DNA of 64,000 nt from a virus: positions 1 through 64,000 of IMG/VR virus record IMGVR_UViG_3300008050_000025; one strand, given 5' to 3'. The position numbers and the translations under genes are program-made. The first letter of the stretch is position 1, and each line of letters starts with the position of its first letter. This document shows positions 46,409-56,501 of the stretch, one piece after another. The notes under the pieces are model-generated. The model was not told the origin of the DNA, made no database searches, and worked only from the letters and a program-made list of their open reading frames with translations.

Positions 46409-47395
46409 TTACCAGTCTTTCAGTTGTTCAGGGAAGTATTCTTTCACTAGGCTCATTAAAGAGTGAGACCTGTTCTCATCTACCAGTGAGTGCATGAATT
46501 GAATGCAGTGTACATTTTGAAAAGGCTTTGACCCACGCTTCCTTAGAAACTTTTGGTCAAACTTAGAATTTGCATATATCTTCATTACATTTGGGTTCGC
46601 ATGTAGTTCAGAGGACAGTTCATAAATCATATCAAGCTCTTCATCTGTGAACTTGGATTCGAAGTGGTGCATGGGTATGATGAACGCGCTGTCCTCTTCG
46701 TATGAACCTCCAATACAAGTAATGACATCCTTATTGAAGTCAAGTCCTGTAGTCTCAAGGTCCATACCAATCTTCTCAGCCAAGTTAGCCTTACGGAACT
46801 CTTCTCGTACAAGTTCCATAGTATCACACAGTACTACACCAGCCTCTTTGAACTTGTCAACCTTGAGGATGTTCCTGCTATAAGAGTTAGTTAAGTCCTC
46901 TACAAAAACATTCCTAACCATAGGCTCTAGGTAAACTGTCTCTGGCGCAAAGGTTGGGAACACTACAATCTGTTTGCCAGTTGTCTCACTCTCAATAATG
47001 AACTCACAGCCACGCCTATTAAGAAGGCCTCTCTGCTTGAGCACTACCTTCAAAGCAATATCCCCCATGAGGATTACCAAGTCTGGTTGGATTTCTTCCA
47101 ACTCTTTCATGATAATCTCTCTGTGGAACTCAAACTCAGCCAACTCCAGGTCATCAAACTCTTTGTTGTAGTCTTTGATTGCTGGAATGAACTGGTAGTT
47201 GCACATAGGACTTTCCGCAATGATACCTTTCACTAAGTACTCAGCGTCTTCTTCCATGTCGGCAACGTGCCCACCGTTTTTAGTGAGGGAGGGGGTCACG
47301 AAGACAATCTTCTCCGTTCCAACATCCTCCTGATAGTTGTTGTAGGTCTTAGGGTCTTTTAACTTCCCCAAAGATTCTTCTAGTTTCTTGGACAT
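46409..47395 (-). CDS. family A DNA polymerase, N-terminal part (degenerate UDG-like domain plus ExoI/II)
   Basis: QPDLVILMGDIA..VFPTFAP (UDG4-like fold); GMDLETTG (ExoI); NSKFD (ExoII). Confidence 0.85.
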   Translation of the reverse strand: MSKKLEESLGKLKDPKTYNNYQEDVGTEKIVFVTPSLTKNGGHVADMEEDAEYLVKGIIAESPMCNYQFIPAIKDYNKEFDDLELAEFEFHREIIMKELEEIQPDLVILMGDIALKVVLKQRGLLNRRGCEFIIESETTGKQIVVFPTFAPETVYLEPMVRNVFVEDLTNSYSRNILKVDKFKEAGVVLCDTMELVREEFRKANLAEKIGMDLETTGLDFNKDVITCIGGSYEEDSAFIIPMHHFESKFTDEELDMIYELSSELHANPNVMKIYANSKFDQKFLRKRGSKPFQNVHCIQFMHSLVDENRSHSLMSLVKEYFPEQLKDW

Positions 47396-47416
47396 TCCTA
47401 ACTATTATGATAATAT

Positions 47417-47794
47417 ATGAGCACTAAAAAGAAAAAGCATTACATTGACAACAAGGAATTTGAAAAGACTATTTTCAATTACATTGAAGACAATGAGACA
47501 TATGAAAAAGAGTTAGTGTCCATGTTGGAGTTGCTTATCAACAACATCCTGATGACGTTCAAATTCAATGTCGATTATGATGATGCTAGGCAAGAGTGCT
47601 TCGTGCTATGCCTAAAAGTCCTCAAGAACTTCACTAAGGAGAAAGGTTCAGCTTTCAACTACTTCACTACTGTAATCGTTAACAACTTAAGATTGATTTA
47701 CACCAAGAACAAGAAGTATAATTTAAAGATTACGAAGTACAGGGAGTTGAAGGGAGATGTTTTCAATACTCCAGGGTCAACACCACAGAGCTAG
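47417..47794 (+). CDS. gp55-like late-transcription sigma factor
   Basis: KHYIDNKEF...QEC...NF..EKGSAFNYFTT. Confidence 0.8.
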   Translation: MSTKKKKHYIDNKEFEKTIFNYIEDNETYEKELVSMLELLINNILMTFKFNVDYDDARQECFVLCLKVLKNFTKEKGSAFNYFTTVIVNNLRLIYTKNKKYNLKITKYRELKGDVFNTPGSTPQS

Positions 47795-48047
47795 CCTCTA
47801 CATCCACTACTATAATAGACCCTTTGCCAATACTTTTGAAGTCTTCTTTGACGGCTTCCTTATGTATTTTCTTAGCGTGTCGGGTGGCCACTTCCAAAGA
47901 GCTAGATGTAACTAACTCAGCGTAGTAAATCCTACCCTTTCCTAAGGATTCCTCATAGTCATTCTTGTCAGCGACAACGAAACCTTTCGTCTTACCGACA
48001 AGAAGAAGTCCCATACCCTTTACGGAACCTTGTTTGTGGGAAACCAT
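47763..48047 (-). CDS. hypothetical protein
   Basis: 94 aa ORF. Confidence 0.55.
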   Translation of the reverse strand: MVSHKQGSVKGMGLLLVGKTKGFVVADKNDYEESLGKGRIYYAELVTSSSLEVATRHAKKIHKEAVKEDFKSIGKGSIIVVDVEASSVVLTLEY

Positions 48048-48117
48048 TATTCTTTTTCAAGCTCGGCAAGTGACTGTACCGCGCAGTTAAACACATCGCG
48101 GGAAGGGGGCGTGTTAC

Positions 48118-48426
48118 TCATTTCGTAAAGTAATTGTAGAGAGAAGGGTACTCAACCACAACCCTCAAACCTTTACCTTCTGTAGTAAGTAGTGCTGGTG
48201 CAGATGTAATGTTAAACGTGCCAAATGCCTCAGGCGTATTCCAACTATCAATCTTGTACATTGGAACCTCTGGGTGATTGGTGGCCCATTGCTCGGCCAA
48301 CTTCTCCATCTTACCACTCCACTTGCACCAAGGGGACACGTACAAAATAGAGAACACGTCATTATGCCTACGCTTCAACACTTCATTAATGTCAGCGTGG
48401 GTCTTTAGGTGTGTAATATTACTCAT
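48118..48426 (-). CDS. thioredoxin-like protein (WCxxS)
   Basis: SPWCKWS, FNITSAP cis-Pro; start MSNITH. Confidence 0.75.
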   Translation of the reverse strand: MSNITHLKTHADINEVLKRRHNDVFSILYVSPWCKWSGKMEKLAEQWATNHPEVPMYKIDSWNTPEAFGTFNITSAPALLTTEGKGLRVVVEYPSLYNYFTK

Positions 48427-48859
48427 CGTCGTCAGACTTATTGACCCTGATAAAAGCTTCTTTCTGTTCTTCCTGGTCAAGGGCTGCTTGCTCAGCTTCT
48501 TTAGCCTCGCGCTCCTTGCCCATCTCTTCCATCTTCTCAAGCTCTTCCAAGCTAGACGCAATCTTTGAGATGTAAGTTGCCACGCCAGCCATCATAATGA
48601 CTGCGGCAATCTCATCATCAGACTGAATGCCAGCACCTTTAAATACAGATGCGACTTTTTCAAATTGCTCGGTCTGTTCCTGAGTAAGTTTAATGTATAG
48701 TTTCATACGTCTATCTTTTTTGATTTTAACTTTAGAACCATGCATAGTGAAGTCGGCATCTTCTAAGGCCTCAAGCATACCCGTCTTCTCCACAATCTGT
48801 TCTTGGACTGGGTTTAGCTCCACCTCTTCCGACTTACTTTCTTCCTGAATATTCTGCAT
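48419..48859 (-). CDS. hypothetical protein
   Basis: 146 aa ORF. Confidence 0.7.
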   Translation of the reverse strand: MQNIQEESKSEEVELNPVQEQIVEKTGMLEALEDADFTMHGSKVKIKKDRRMKLYIKLTQEQTEQFEKVASVFKGAGIQSDDEIAAVIMMAGVATYISKIASSLEELEKMEEMGKEREAKEAEQAALDQEEQKEAFIRVNKSDDDE

Positions 48860-48889
48860 AGTATTTGCCTACGCCCCTATTATAGCATT

Positions 48890-49405
48890 ATGGGCGATAA
48901 TTTAGAAGATATTCTTACCACAGGTGAATTTGGTTTAAAGAAAAAGAAACGCAAGAACAGTAAAGCGAAAGGGAGTAGGTATGAGAACGCAGTAGCTAAG
49001 AAGCTGAACGAAAGGTTTGAGACCACAGACTTCCAACGTACTCCTGGGTCAGGAGCCTTCGCAACCACTCACAACCTGCCAGAACACCTCCAGATTGCAG
49101 GAGACCTCATCACACCTACCAACTTCAAGTTCGTTATCGAGTGCAAGGCTGGGTATGACCTCGACATTTATGACTACTTTCGCGGCTCCTCGACTATAAT
49201 AAGTTTTATAAAACAAGGTGAAGAAGAAGTAAAGAACTCTAAGGATAAGAATTATCTTATTATATACAAGAAGGATTACAAACCTGAGCTAGTAATCACG
49301 GGGCGAAGCTACGGGATTACTCCTGAGCTATCGTTCAACGGAGAATACTTTATCTATACCCTCAAGGATTTTCTCCAACTTGAGAATGATGTCTTTCTTT
49401 CTTGA
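48890..49405 (+). CDS. Holliday junction resolvase (Hjc/PD-(D/E)XK type)
   Basis: SKAKGSRYE, RTPGSGA, GDL, VIECK. Confidence 0.85.
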   Translation: MGDNLEDILTTGEFGLKKKKRKNSKAKGSRYENAVAKKLNERFETTDFQRTPGSGAFATTHNLPEHLQIAGDLITPTNFKFVIECKAGYDLDIYDYFRGSSTIISFIKQGEEEVKNSKDKNYLIIYKKDYKPELVITGRSYGITPELSFNGEYFIYTLKDFLQLENDVFLS

Positions 49406-51928
49406 CTCGGAGATAACTCCTTCATCGGAACCTGATAGAACTTTACCTACCGACTGGAACAACTTGTTGTAAGCTCTCCCATCGAAGATGGCAGCATCAT
49501 CTTGTGGACGAATCAGGGTGGCATACATCGTTCTTGGCCTGCCGTCTTTACCAGTGTATTCCCATTTGATATTCCCACTGTCTAACAGCTTAGGTTCACA
49601 CTTGTTAATCAAGAATGCAACCGCTTGATGCCTACCTGAGAACCCAACCTTACCCGCATGTGATTGGATAAGGGCTTCATCATGTGAGGTAAACATAGTA
49701 GACACAAGGTCGTTTACAGCCATACCTTTAAGCATAGACTTATCACGCCCAATAACTCTTCTGATTGCCCTGATTGCTTTAGCTGTAGTGTTTCCCTTAT
49801 CCAGCTTGGTTGAAGCTGTTGATTTAATACTACTTATAATTTTCTGCGCATCCTCTGTTGAAATTCCAGAGTCAGGGTCGTAGAGCAAGTCTTCCATGTT
49901 CCTAATGATGCCATCAGGAGTGTGTCCTTTGGCAACAGTGTTCTGTGAGAAGATGGATGCTATTCCTGTAGAGAATGTGGACATCACCTTGGCAGCATCG
50001 GAAAGCTCCTTTGTCAGTTTTGACTTTTGACCCTTAGACATATCAACCATTAGTGGTGAATCCTTAACGAAGTCGTTGAACACTTGATGAGTTTCACCTA
50101 TCTCGTCCAGCGTATCACTAGGAGAACTTCCTTTCAAGCTAGACATATAAGACTTAGCTGAAATGTTAACGTTAGTTCTACCAACTGATACCTGCCCATT
50201 GTCATTGAAGTAAGCTTTCAATGAGATTGGAAGAGACTTGTCAACCTGTAGATTGATTCCGTAAGTGTCTTGTAGGTGTGCGTTCAGCTTTGTGTAATCC
50301 TCAGGGCTAGAAAGCTCAACAGTGAAGTCTTCTCGTTTACCCATCTTGGTAACGTCCCTTACTCCGCCAACAGAAACAACCTTCACTCCTGCATCTGCAA
50401 GAACTGTGGAGATGATGTTAGCTTCCATCATTGACTGCCTGATAATCTCCTTGGCAGCTTCTCCGATATCAGTAATGCCAGCCCTCTCAATCATACTCTC
50501 TAAAGCAGATTCGGGTTCCTCACCGTTAACCAAACCTGCTCCAACAGGAACACCATTGGCCATCATGTCTGCGAACTCAGATATCTTTTGAACTGAGTCT
50601 ACGAATTCTCCAATAGAATTAATGTCTTCGCCACCCTCATCAGAGAAAGGAAGACCTACTGCGTTGGAGATAAACCCTGCGATTACCCCTTCCTTGGCAG
50701 TGCTGACCATACGTGAGGCGTGAGACCCCTCTGTGTTCCTCAGTACTGGCCGAACTAGGGGTCGTTCCGTGCCATCAGACTTGCGGAGCATAACGCCTCT
50801 CAAAGCCTTCCCAAGGCCCTCTGTACCTGCCCCTATCGTTAGGCCTAGGTTGGGGTCTGTCCCTGTAGACAAGTGAATACTATCCAACATGTCGTATGTT
50901 TGTGGAAGATTTTTCCTTCCACCTGCCGAATCGTCCCTTCCGACGTATAACTTTCTATTACTCACTGCGAATGAATCCAGAACCTCAAGAGACTTTTTAG
51001 TTACCAAGGATTCATCAATATACCTAACGCCGTCATCTTCACGAATCATGGAAGTGATTTGTATAGCATCTTTGAATGCCGAATATAGTTCTTGCTGAGA
51101 CTCTTCTGATACGGTTGGGTCATACCCTCCACGCATCTCCCTCTTGAATGAGAGCAATTCACCGACTCCGAATCCGGCAGGGTGGTCTGTGATTGTTCTG
51201 AATATACTACGAAGAGTTACACCTTCTACAAGGTCTTGTGTTCTACGTGATTCATCATAAATCTCATCCATATCCTCAGGGACCCAAGGGAACCAAGGGT
51301 TTTCAATGATATCCCCCCTCTCATTCGTCCATGTACCATCCTCATTTCTAGACAGTTTGAACGTTGACTCCCCCGCAAAAGGACTTTGCCCTTTTACATC
51401 TGCTGCCCCACCTGGAACCCCTTCTTCCTCTGCAATGTGGGATGCTAGCCATTCACGGAATGTAATATAGTTTACACCTTGGCCTAATTCTCCATCGACA
51501 GCTAGGCCTGTAGTCATAGGACCCTCTGGTGTCATCCAATGCACCTTGCCTACCTTAAGTTTCCCTGGAGGTGTGGGTGCTGCTGGCTCCCCTGCCTCTC
51601 CTGGTTTGACATCTAGCTGTGGCTGTACAACGTGTGGCACGAAATCTCCTGCCATCTGGTCTATACTGTTCACAACCTTTAGTCCACCAGGATTTGGTGG
51701 AAGGTTATTGTATAGCTGCTTCTTCAAGGCTGGGTCACTTTTCGTACCCTTTAGTACTTTGTTAAAGTTGGAGTTGTGGCCCTCCCCTACTTTTCCCTGC
51801 GCGTGAAGGGCATCAAACTTGCTACTTGCGGCCCTGAAAGCGTCGGCTTTCTGACCTACCTCTACTGGTTTGTGCGCCTCCTCAAGAGCGTATAACTGTA
51901 GGAGTTTCTTGTAATATTTGTTCGCCAT
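49328..51928 (-). CDS. large late protein, possible internal head protein
   Basis: 866 aa after tail tube; CTAACTA upstream; LEE/ISE near termini. Confidence 0.7.
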   Translation of the reverse strand: MANKYYKKLLQLYALEEAHKPVEVGQKADAFRAASSKFDALHAQGKVGEGHNSNFNKVLKGTKSDPALKKQLYNNLPPNPGGLKVVNSIDQMAGDFVPHVVQPQLDVKPGEAGEPAAPTPPGKLKVGKVHWMTPEGPMTTGLAVDGELGQGVNYITFREWLASHIAEEEGVPGGAADVKGQSPFAGESTFKLSRNEDGTWTNERGDIIENPWFPWVPEDMDEIYDESRRTQDLVEGVTLRSIFRTITDHPAGFGVGELLSFKREMRGGYDPTVSEESQQELYSAFKDAIQITSMIREDDGVRYIDESLVTKKSLEVLDSFAVSNRKLYVGRDDSAGGRKNLPQTYDMLDSIHLSTGTDPNLGLTIGAGTEGLGKALRGVMLRKSDGTERPLVRPVLRNTEGSHASRMVSTAKEGVIAGFISNAVGLPFSDEGGEDINSIGEFVDSVQKISEFADMMANGVPVGAGLVNGEEPESALESMIERAGITDIGEAAKEIIRQSMMEANIISTVLADAGVKVVSVGGVRDVTKMGKREDFTVELSSPEDYTKLNAHLQDTYGINLQVDKSLPISLKAYFNDNGQVSVGRTNVNISAKSYMSSLKGSSPSDTLDEIGETHQVFNDFVKDSPLMVDMSKGQKSKLTKELSDAAKVMSTFSTGIASIFSQNTVAKGHTPDGIIRNMEDLLYDPDSGISTEDAQKIISSIKSTASTKLDKGNTTAKAIRAIRRVIGRDKSMLKGMAVNDLVSTMFTSHDEALIQSHAGKVGFSGRHQAVAFLINKCEPKLLDSGNIKWEYTGKDGRPRTMYATLIRPQDDAAIFDGRAYNKLFQSVGKVLSGSDEGVISESRKKDIILKLEKILEGIDKVFSVER

Positions 51929-51930
51929 AG

Positions 51931-51968
51931 GAAAAAGAAGTGCCCTTCTAAGTAGTTAGGCACTTCTT
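51931..51968 (-). terminator. terminator after tail tube gene
   Basis: AAGAAGTGCC-N14-GGCACTTCTT-TTT. Confidence 0.75.
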
Positions 51969-51988
51969 CATGTATTGATAAGCAAGTA

Positions 51989-52639
51989 TTAAGTAATAAC
52001 GTCGAATAACGTATCGAAAACATTATCCTCTACCCTGTACTGAGCGATGAAATCGTACTGTACAGCTACTTCAATAGTGTGGAACTCGTTTGTAGAGTAG
52101 TTATACTCTGCAAGCTTCCAAGATTTCGGCCATGCGCCATAGAGCTTTACTACAAGCTTAGGTTGCCTGTTGTGGTCAAGTTGGACAAGCTCAAGAGTTC
52201 TCTTAAACTGGTCCCCAGGAATCACAGGAGCCGAGTGCGTACCAAAGATTGGGTCATACGTTGTCCTCATCCAAGAGAATAGAAGCTTCGCAGCATCTCC
52301 TCTAATCATGTCGTCAAACGTTAGAATAGTTTCTTCAACGGAAACCTTACCTGGGTAGTAGAACTTATCGTTCACCCTATCCACTGTAATAGCTTCTGAT
52401 GTGTACCCAAGTTGTCCTACAGACTTAACTGCCATGGCCAAGGTGTCAGATGCATCAGTAAGGTTGAAGTAATTATCAACTGTACCAAGGATACCTGCAA
52501 TGCTTGGAATCCTCAAAATCCAACTGTATGCTCTGTACGAGTCATACTGGTGTGTGAGCCTATGGCCATCGGTAATCCCGATGTCTAGTGCCCTTCCTTG
52601 TTGGTTCAGGAATTCGTTTACGGTGTCATTTGTTGCCAA
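51989..52639 (-). CDS. tail tube protein (gp19-like)
   Basis: YYPGK, LTFDD, LYGAWP, IEVAVQYD; follows the sheath gene. Confidence 0.85.
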   Translation of the reverse strand: MATNDTVNEFLNQQGRALDIGITDGHRLTHQYDSYRAYSWILRIPSIAGILGTVDNYFNLTDASDTLAMAVKSVGQLGYTSEAITVDRVNDKFYYPGKVSVEETILTFDDMIRGDAAKLLFSWMRTTYDPIFGTHSAPVIPGDQFKRTLELVQLDHNRQPKLVVKLYGAWPKSWKLAEYNYSTNEFHTIEVAVQYDFIAQYRVEDNVFDTLFDVIT

Positions 52640-52658
52640 GTGTTATCTCCTATATTAT

Positions 52659-54926
52659 TTAGGCAGCGATAGAAATACTACCAGTTTGGTTAGTCACGTC
52701 CAGTTCGAACACAACGATTTCCCCAGCTTTGACTGGAGTGATTTGAACCCTTACCCAAATCTCGCCCCTTTCTTGACGAGCAGTAGTGTTCACTGTTGCA
52801 TCAGAAACAACCGAGAAGGATTTGATTCCTCTGTTATCTTTGATGTCTTGCAGATAAGGCGTAACCGCCCCAACTATTTGACTCCATGTGATAGGGTCAC
52901 TTGGTTCGAATGAGTATTGGCGAGTGCTTGCAAGGATATCTTTCCTGATTTGAATCAGCATATCCATCACGTTCTCTCGGTCCAATGAGGTCTCTTCCCT
53001 CTGCGAAGTGCGCTGCCCCCACATCACGATTCCCTCTTGTGGGAATTTGACAATTGGGTTAATGGCGTTTCCGCCACCGTACATCAAGTCACGTCCACCT
53101 TGTAGAACAACAGCTTCAACTTCTGACCTTCCGGTAAGTTTTCCTCGTACCAATCCAGCAGCAGCATCCCAAGGTTTGTTGGTAGACACTAGAAGTTTAA
53201 TCTTATCAATGGCTGGGTCGAACCAATCATTAGCTCCTGCGAACACATCAAATTGTTGTGTCCAAGGCCATTGAATGGATGTGTACTTATCATTGATTTC
53301 AATAGTTCGACCGTCACCAAGACCGTTGTGCCAGTTAACCGCACGTTGCTCCGAAGGCAACCCTTCTGGAGGGCTGGTAATGTATCGGAACCTTTCTTCA
53401 CCTGCTGCAAGGGCAATCGCAGCATCCTGTACTGATTGTACATGGATACCAAAGAGTCCCAAGAAGGAGATGTTTACTGACTCATCTAGGAAAGACTGCA
53501 TACCTGTTCGGGATGCTTTGCTTCCAATCAATGCTGTAGTAATGTCCGCATCAGTAAGGCTTCCACCCTCATCAGCAACGTCACCATTGACACCGTTTGC
53601 GAATTGCAGTTCAGCGTCAATAAGTTTTTGGAAAATCACAGTTGCTGTTCCCGCTGCAAAAGTACCATCCTCTTCAACATCAACACCAGCAACAGTTCCT
53701 CCATAAGTAGCTGGCGCGTCCTTAGTAACTGCTCCAACGTACCTAGATTCTGCTCCACCAACGTAACCATGCTTTGCAACGTAGAACCGAGAGGTAGGTG
53801 AGTCTGTGCCTTCTTTAATGTTCAGATTGTCTAGAATCCAGTTCGTTGAGTTATCAGCAGTGTTTACAAAGTCAACTAGATAACTTTCTTCAATTGCACC
53901 GTCCATAGCGAAGGAAACAACTGAATCCTTTCCTTGTCGGGAAGCTACGCTTGCTAGCAAGCCGTAAGTCTTGAGACCATTAACGGTGCTGCTTGTAGCG
54001 TAGTTGTACCCAGCGCCAGGGTAAAGAGATTCAAGTGCAATCGCTCCACCTGCTGCGCTAGTCTTAGCCAAAGTATTTCCAAGAGCAGTCACTGCGCTAC
54101 CTTGGTATGCAGTATATGAACCAGAACCAGCAAGCCAAGCCTCAATGCCTGTCATGCTTGTGTAATGGACCCCTGGGGTTGCGAATAGTTTATGAGCGGT
54201 ATTAACTGGCCACGTACCTGCTTCTACTGAGATGGCTGATTGTGCTGGCTGAGAAATAACCCCATCTGGGCCTTCAAGTGGAGCGCCTCCACCACCTGCT
54301 GCTCGACCTGTATCCCCAAGAGCGGAGAAAGAAGCCCCTGCTGTATCCATTAGATATGCAGTTACAGAAAGTGTTGCGCTAGCACCAGCAAAGTTGCCAA
54401 CGAAGTATCCCAGCGACGAAGACTCCATATGGAACGATAGGTCTGCGGTATCAGGCATGTACGCAGCCATTGTATCGTTGATGTCCTGAATGACATCAGT
54501 ACCAGAAGGGACACCTACAACATAGCTTTCCCCATTTGCAGCAACTCCAGCACCATCTACAACATCAATGAAGAACGCATAGCCGTAACCTTGTTCAAGA
54601 CCTGACACAGCTACGTGTGGTTGAGTACCAATTTTAATGTTGCCAACCGATGTCAGCTTAGAAGGTGCAGCGGCTCTTGTGTACCATACACTATTAGTCT
54701 TTGACAGAATATCGTATGCGCCAAGAAGACCTTGACCTCCTGATGAGCGGTTAGGTGCTCCGAATGTTTTTACCAACGATTCTTGGTTTGTAAGCAGCGT
54801 AGGGGTATCAACTGGCCCCATTGAAGCAAACCCCACAACACCTACTGCTGTAGAGTTGAGTGCTGTAATGTAATTACTGAAATCGTTAAGTAGAACGTAG
54901 TTGCCTGGGCTTGAAAAAAGTGCCAT
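52659..54926 (-). CDS. tail sheath protein (gp18-like)
   Basis: SPGNYV..DFS, GFASMGP, INPIV..GIVMWGQRT, FEP. Confidence 0.93.
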   Translation of the reverse strand: MALFSSPGNYVLLNDFSNYITALNSTAVGVVGFASMGPVDTPTLLTNQESLVKTFGAPNRSSGGQGLLGAYDILSKTNSVWYTRAAAPSKLTSVGNIKIGTQPHVAVSGLEQGYGYAFFIDVVDGAGVAANGESYVVGVPSGTDVIQDINDTMAAYMPDTADLSFHMESSSLGYFVGNFAGASATLSVTAYLMDTAGASFSALGDTGRAAGGGGAPLEGPDGVISQPAQSAISVEAGTWPVNTAHKLFATPGVHYTSMTGIEAWLAGSGSYTAYQGSAVTALGNTLAKTSAAGGAIALESLYPGAGYNYATSSTVNGLKTYGLLASVASRQGKDSVVSFAMDGAIEESYLVDFVNTADNSTNWILDNLNIKEGTDSPTSRFYVAKHGYVGGAESRYVGAVTKDAPATYGGTVAGVDVEEDGTFAAGTATVIFQKLIDAELQFANGVNGDVADEGGSLTDADITTALIGSKASRTGMQSFLDESVNISFLGLFGIHVQSVQDAAIALAAGEERFRYITSPPEGLPSEQRAVNWHNGLGDGRTIEINDKYTSIQWPWTQQFDVFAGANDWFDPAIDKIKLLVSTNKPWDAAAGLVRGKLTGRSEVEAVVLQGGRDLMYGGGNAINPIVKFPQEGIVMWGQRTSQREETSLDRENVMDMLIQIRKDILASTRQYSFEPSDPITWSQIVGAVTPYLQDIKDNRGIKSFSVVSDATVNTTARQERGEIWVRVQITPVKAGEIVVFELDVTNQTGSISIAA

Positions 54927-54928
54927 AG

Positions 54929-55162
54929 TTATTTCTGTATCTCTTTGAAGTCGATTAGTTTCCTTCTCTTCATTTCAGCCATGCTGGAAGAGATGGTGTA
55001 CGGTTTTGGGACAGTAGCAACCTCTCGACCTTTTAGCCAAAGATGCTTCCAAGCGCCATTGCTAAAAACAATCACCTGCTTTCCTGTGTAAGTCAGGTTC
55101 GCAATCTCCAATACAGAAGTACGAACCATTCGTTGGGCGGGTTTCTTGTTCCGTTGTGCCAC
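54929..55162 (-). CDS. hypothetical late protein
   Basis: ATAAATA at 55181-55187 upstream. Confidence 0.6.
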   Translation of the reverse strand: MAQRNKKPAQRMVRTSVLEIANLTYTGKQVIVFSNGAWKHLWLKGREVATVPKPYTISSSMAEMKRRKLIDFKEIQK

Positions 55163-55205
55163 GCATGGATTCCTCTGTAGTATTTATCACATATAAATGG
55201 GGCGA

Positions 55206-55943
55206 CTAGGAAATAATCTCATCTGTAACGAGAGACCTAATTTTCCCTGTGCTAGTCATTAAGTACTTCTTGGTAGGCAGATAGGCTTCCATCGCAATGA
55301 TACATGACTTTTGCAGTACTCTATTCTCCTTATCCCCTGCCACAGCGATAGATTGGTCTGCCCAGTCTACGATATATCCCATGGTAGAGTTGCCGTGCTT
55401 GGTTTTAATCGTACCGTGAGGGTGGAACATCAATTCTACCTGCTCCATCATCTGATTAATGTTTTCAATGTACCTATCGTAAATGCTCACCCTGTACTGT
55501 AAGGTGACAGCTTTTGGGGCTAGAGATACGATTCTCTGTGCCCTACGCTTCTCAGGGTCGTACAGTTTTTCAACCACAATATTAAAGTCAGGTCTACGAC
55601 GTGCCATATCCAACTCCATGTCAATCACAGATATTGAAACGATTGGCAACCTCAGGTTACGCTCCTTCTTAAGCTTAGCAATGGCTCTTTCAACAGTTCC
55701 GTGCATCACTTCAATGTCATCGTGAACCTTATCATCTGCCCCCATTACTTCCAAGCCTCTCATCATTTCCATCAAGGCAGATGTGTATTCTCTTTGAAAA
55801 TCAATGGTATCATGATTAGCCTTCTCATGCTTCTCAATAAGGTTCCTCACATACACATTAAGGTAAGCGTTTGCGTGAAGGTTAGGGTCTACCGCATCCA
55901 TAGAGGAAGGGTTGCCCACTGAGTTATTGATGTAGTTTGCCAT
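55206..55943 (-). CDS. tail terminator / sheath stabiliser (gp15-like)
   Basis: LPIVS, P.AV.L.Y, NQMMEQVELMFHP; position in module. Confidence 0.7.
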   Translation of the reverse strand: MANYINNSVGNPSSMDAVDPNLHANAYLNVYVRNLIEKHEKANHDTIDFQREYTSALMEMMRGLEVMGADDKVHDDIEVMHGTVERAIAKLKKERNLRLPIVSISVIDMELDMARRRPDFNIVVEKLYDPEKRRAQRIVSLAPKAVTLQYRVSIYDRYIENINQMMEQVELMFHPHGTIKTKHGNSTMGYIVDWADQSIAVAGDKENRVLQKSCIIAMEAYLPTKKYLMTSTGKIRSLVTDEIIS

Positions 55944-56488
55944 TATTTCTCTATTCTCCAACCATAATGTGACTTTCTTGCGCCCGTTATAACATTTGAT
56001 ATATTCTTACCAAGGCCGTACTTATTCTGCAAGTAATATTGTGTACAGAAATGAACCCTTCCATCCTTGTGAATGAAGTGGTGCATTTTGTCGCTATAGA
56101 AATGGTTGTCAGCACCCGTATTTATACTTACGCCGTACATTGGGTTTTTGCGGCCACTTTGCGCCTTTGACATTTTCTTTTTAGATTCCTCTGAATGTGT
56201 CCTTCCCCGCATTGGGGATGTTGCGTACCTAGAAAGGTTCATACACAGAGGTTCCCCATAATCTTCGTCTAGAAATTCTTGCTCTATTTCTAAAATGTTC
56301 TCACAAGAATACACCACTAAGTCCATAGAAAAATCAAGGTACTTATCATACGCCCTTTGCATGTGAATATTGGGATGCCTTCCGTTTTTAAGTTGCCAAA
56401 AATGTTCTCTTTTCCTTGACTCAAATCTAGAGGAACTCCCCCAATACCACTTAGGTCCAATCTCTATTCGATATATGCCTGAATCCAT
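55943..56488 (-). mobile_element. free-standing GIY-YIG homing endonuclease with NUMOD3
   Basis: SGIYRI..YWGSS..R..H, EQ, HSEESKKKMS..NPMYG. Confidence 0.9.
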
Positions 56489-56501
56489 ATATGTATATCC
56501 C

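Noticed and set aside
55943-56500. Group I intron around the GIY-YIG gene
   Set aside because: Flanking genes are complete and there is no room for a ribozyme core
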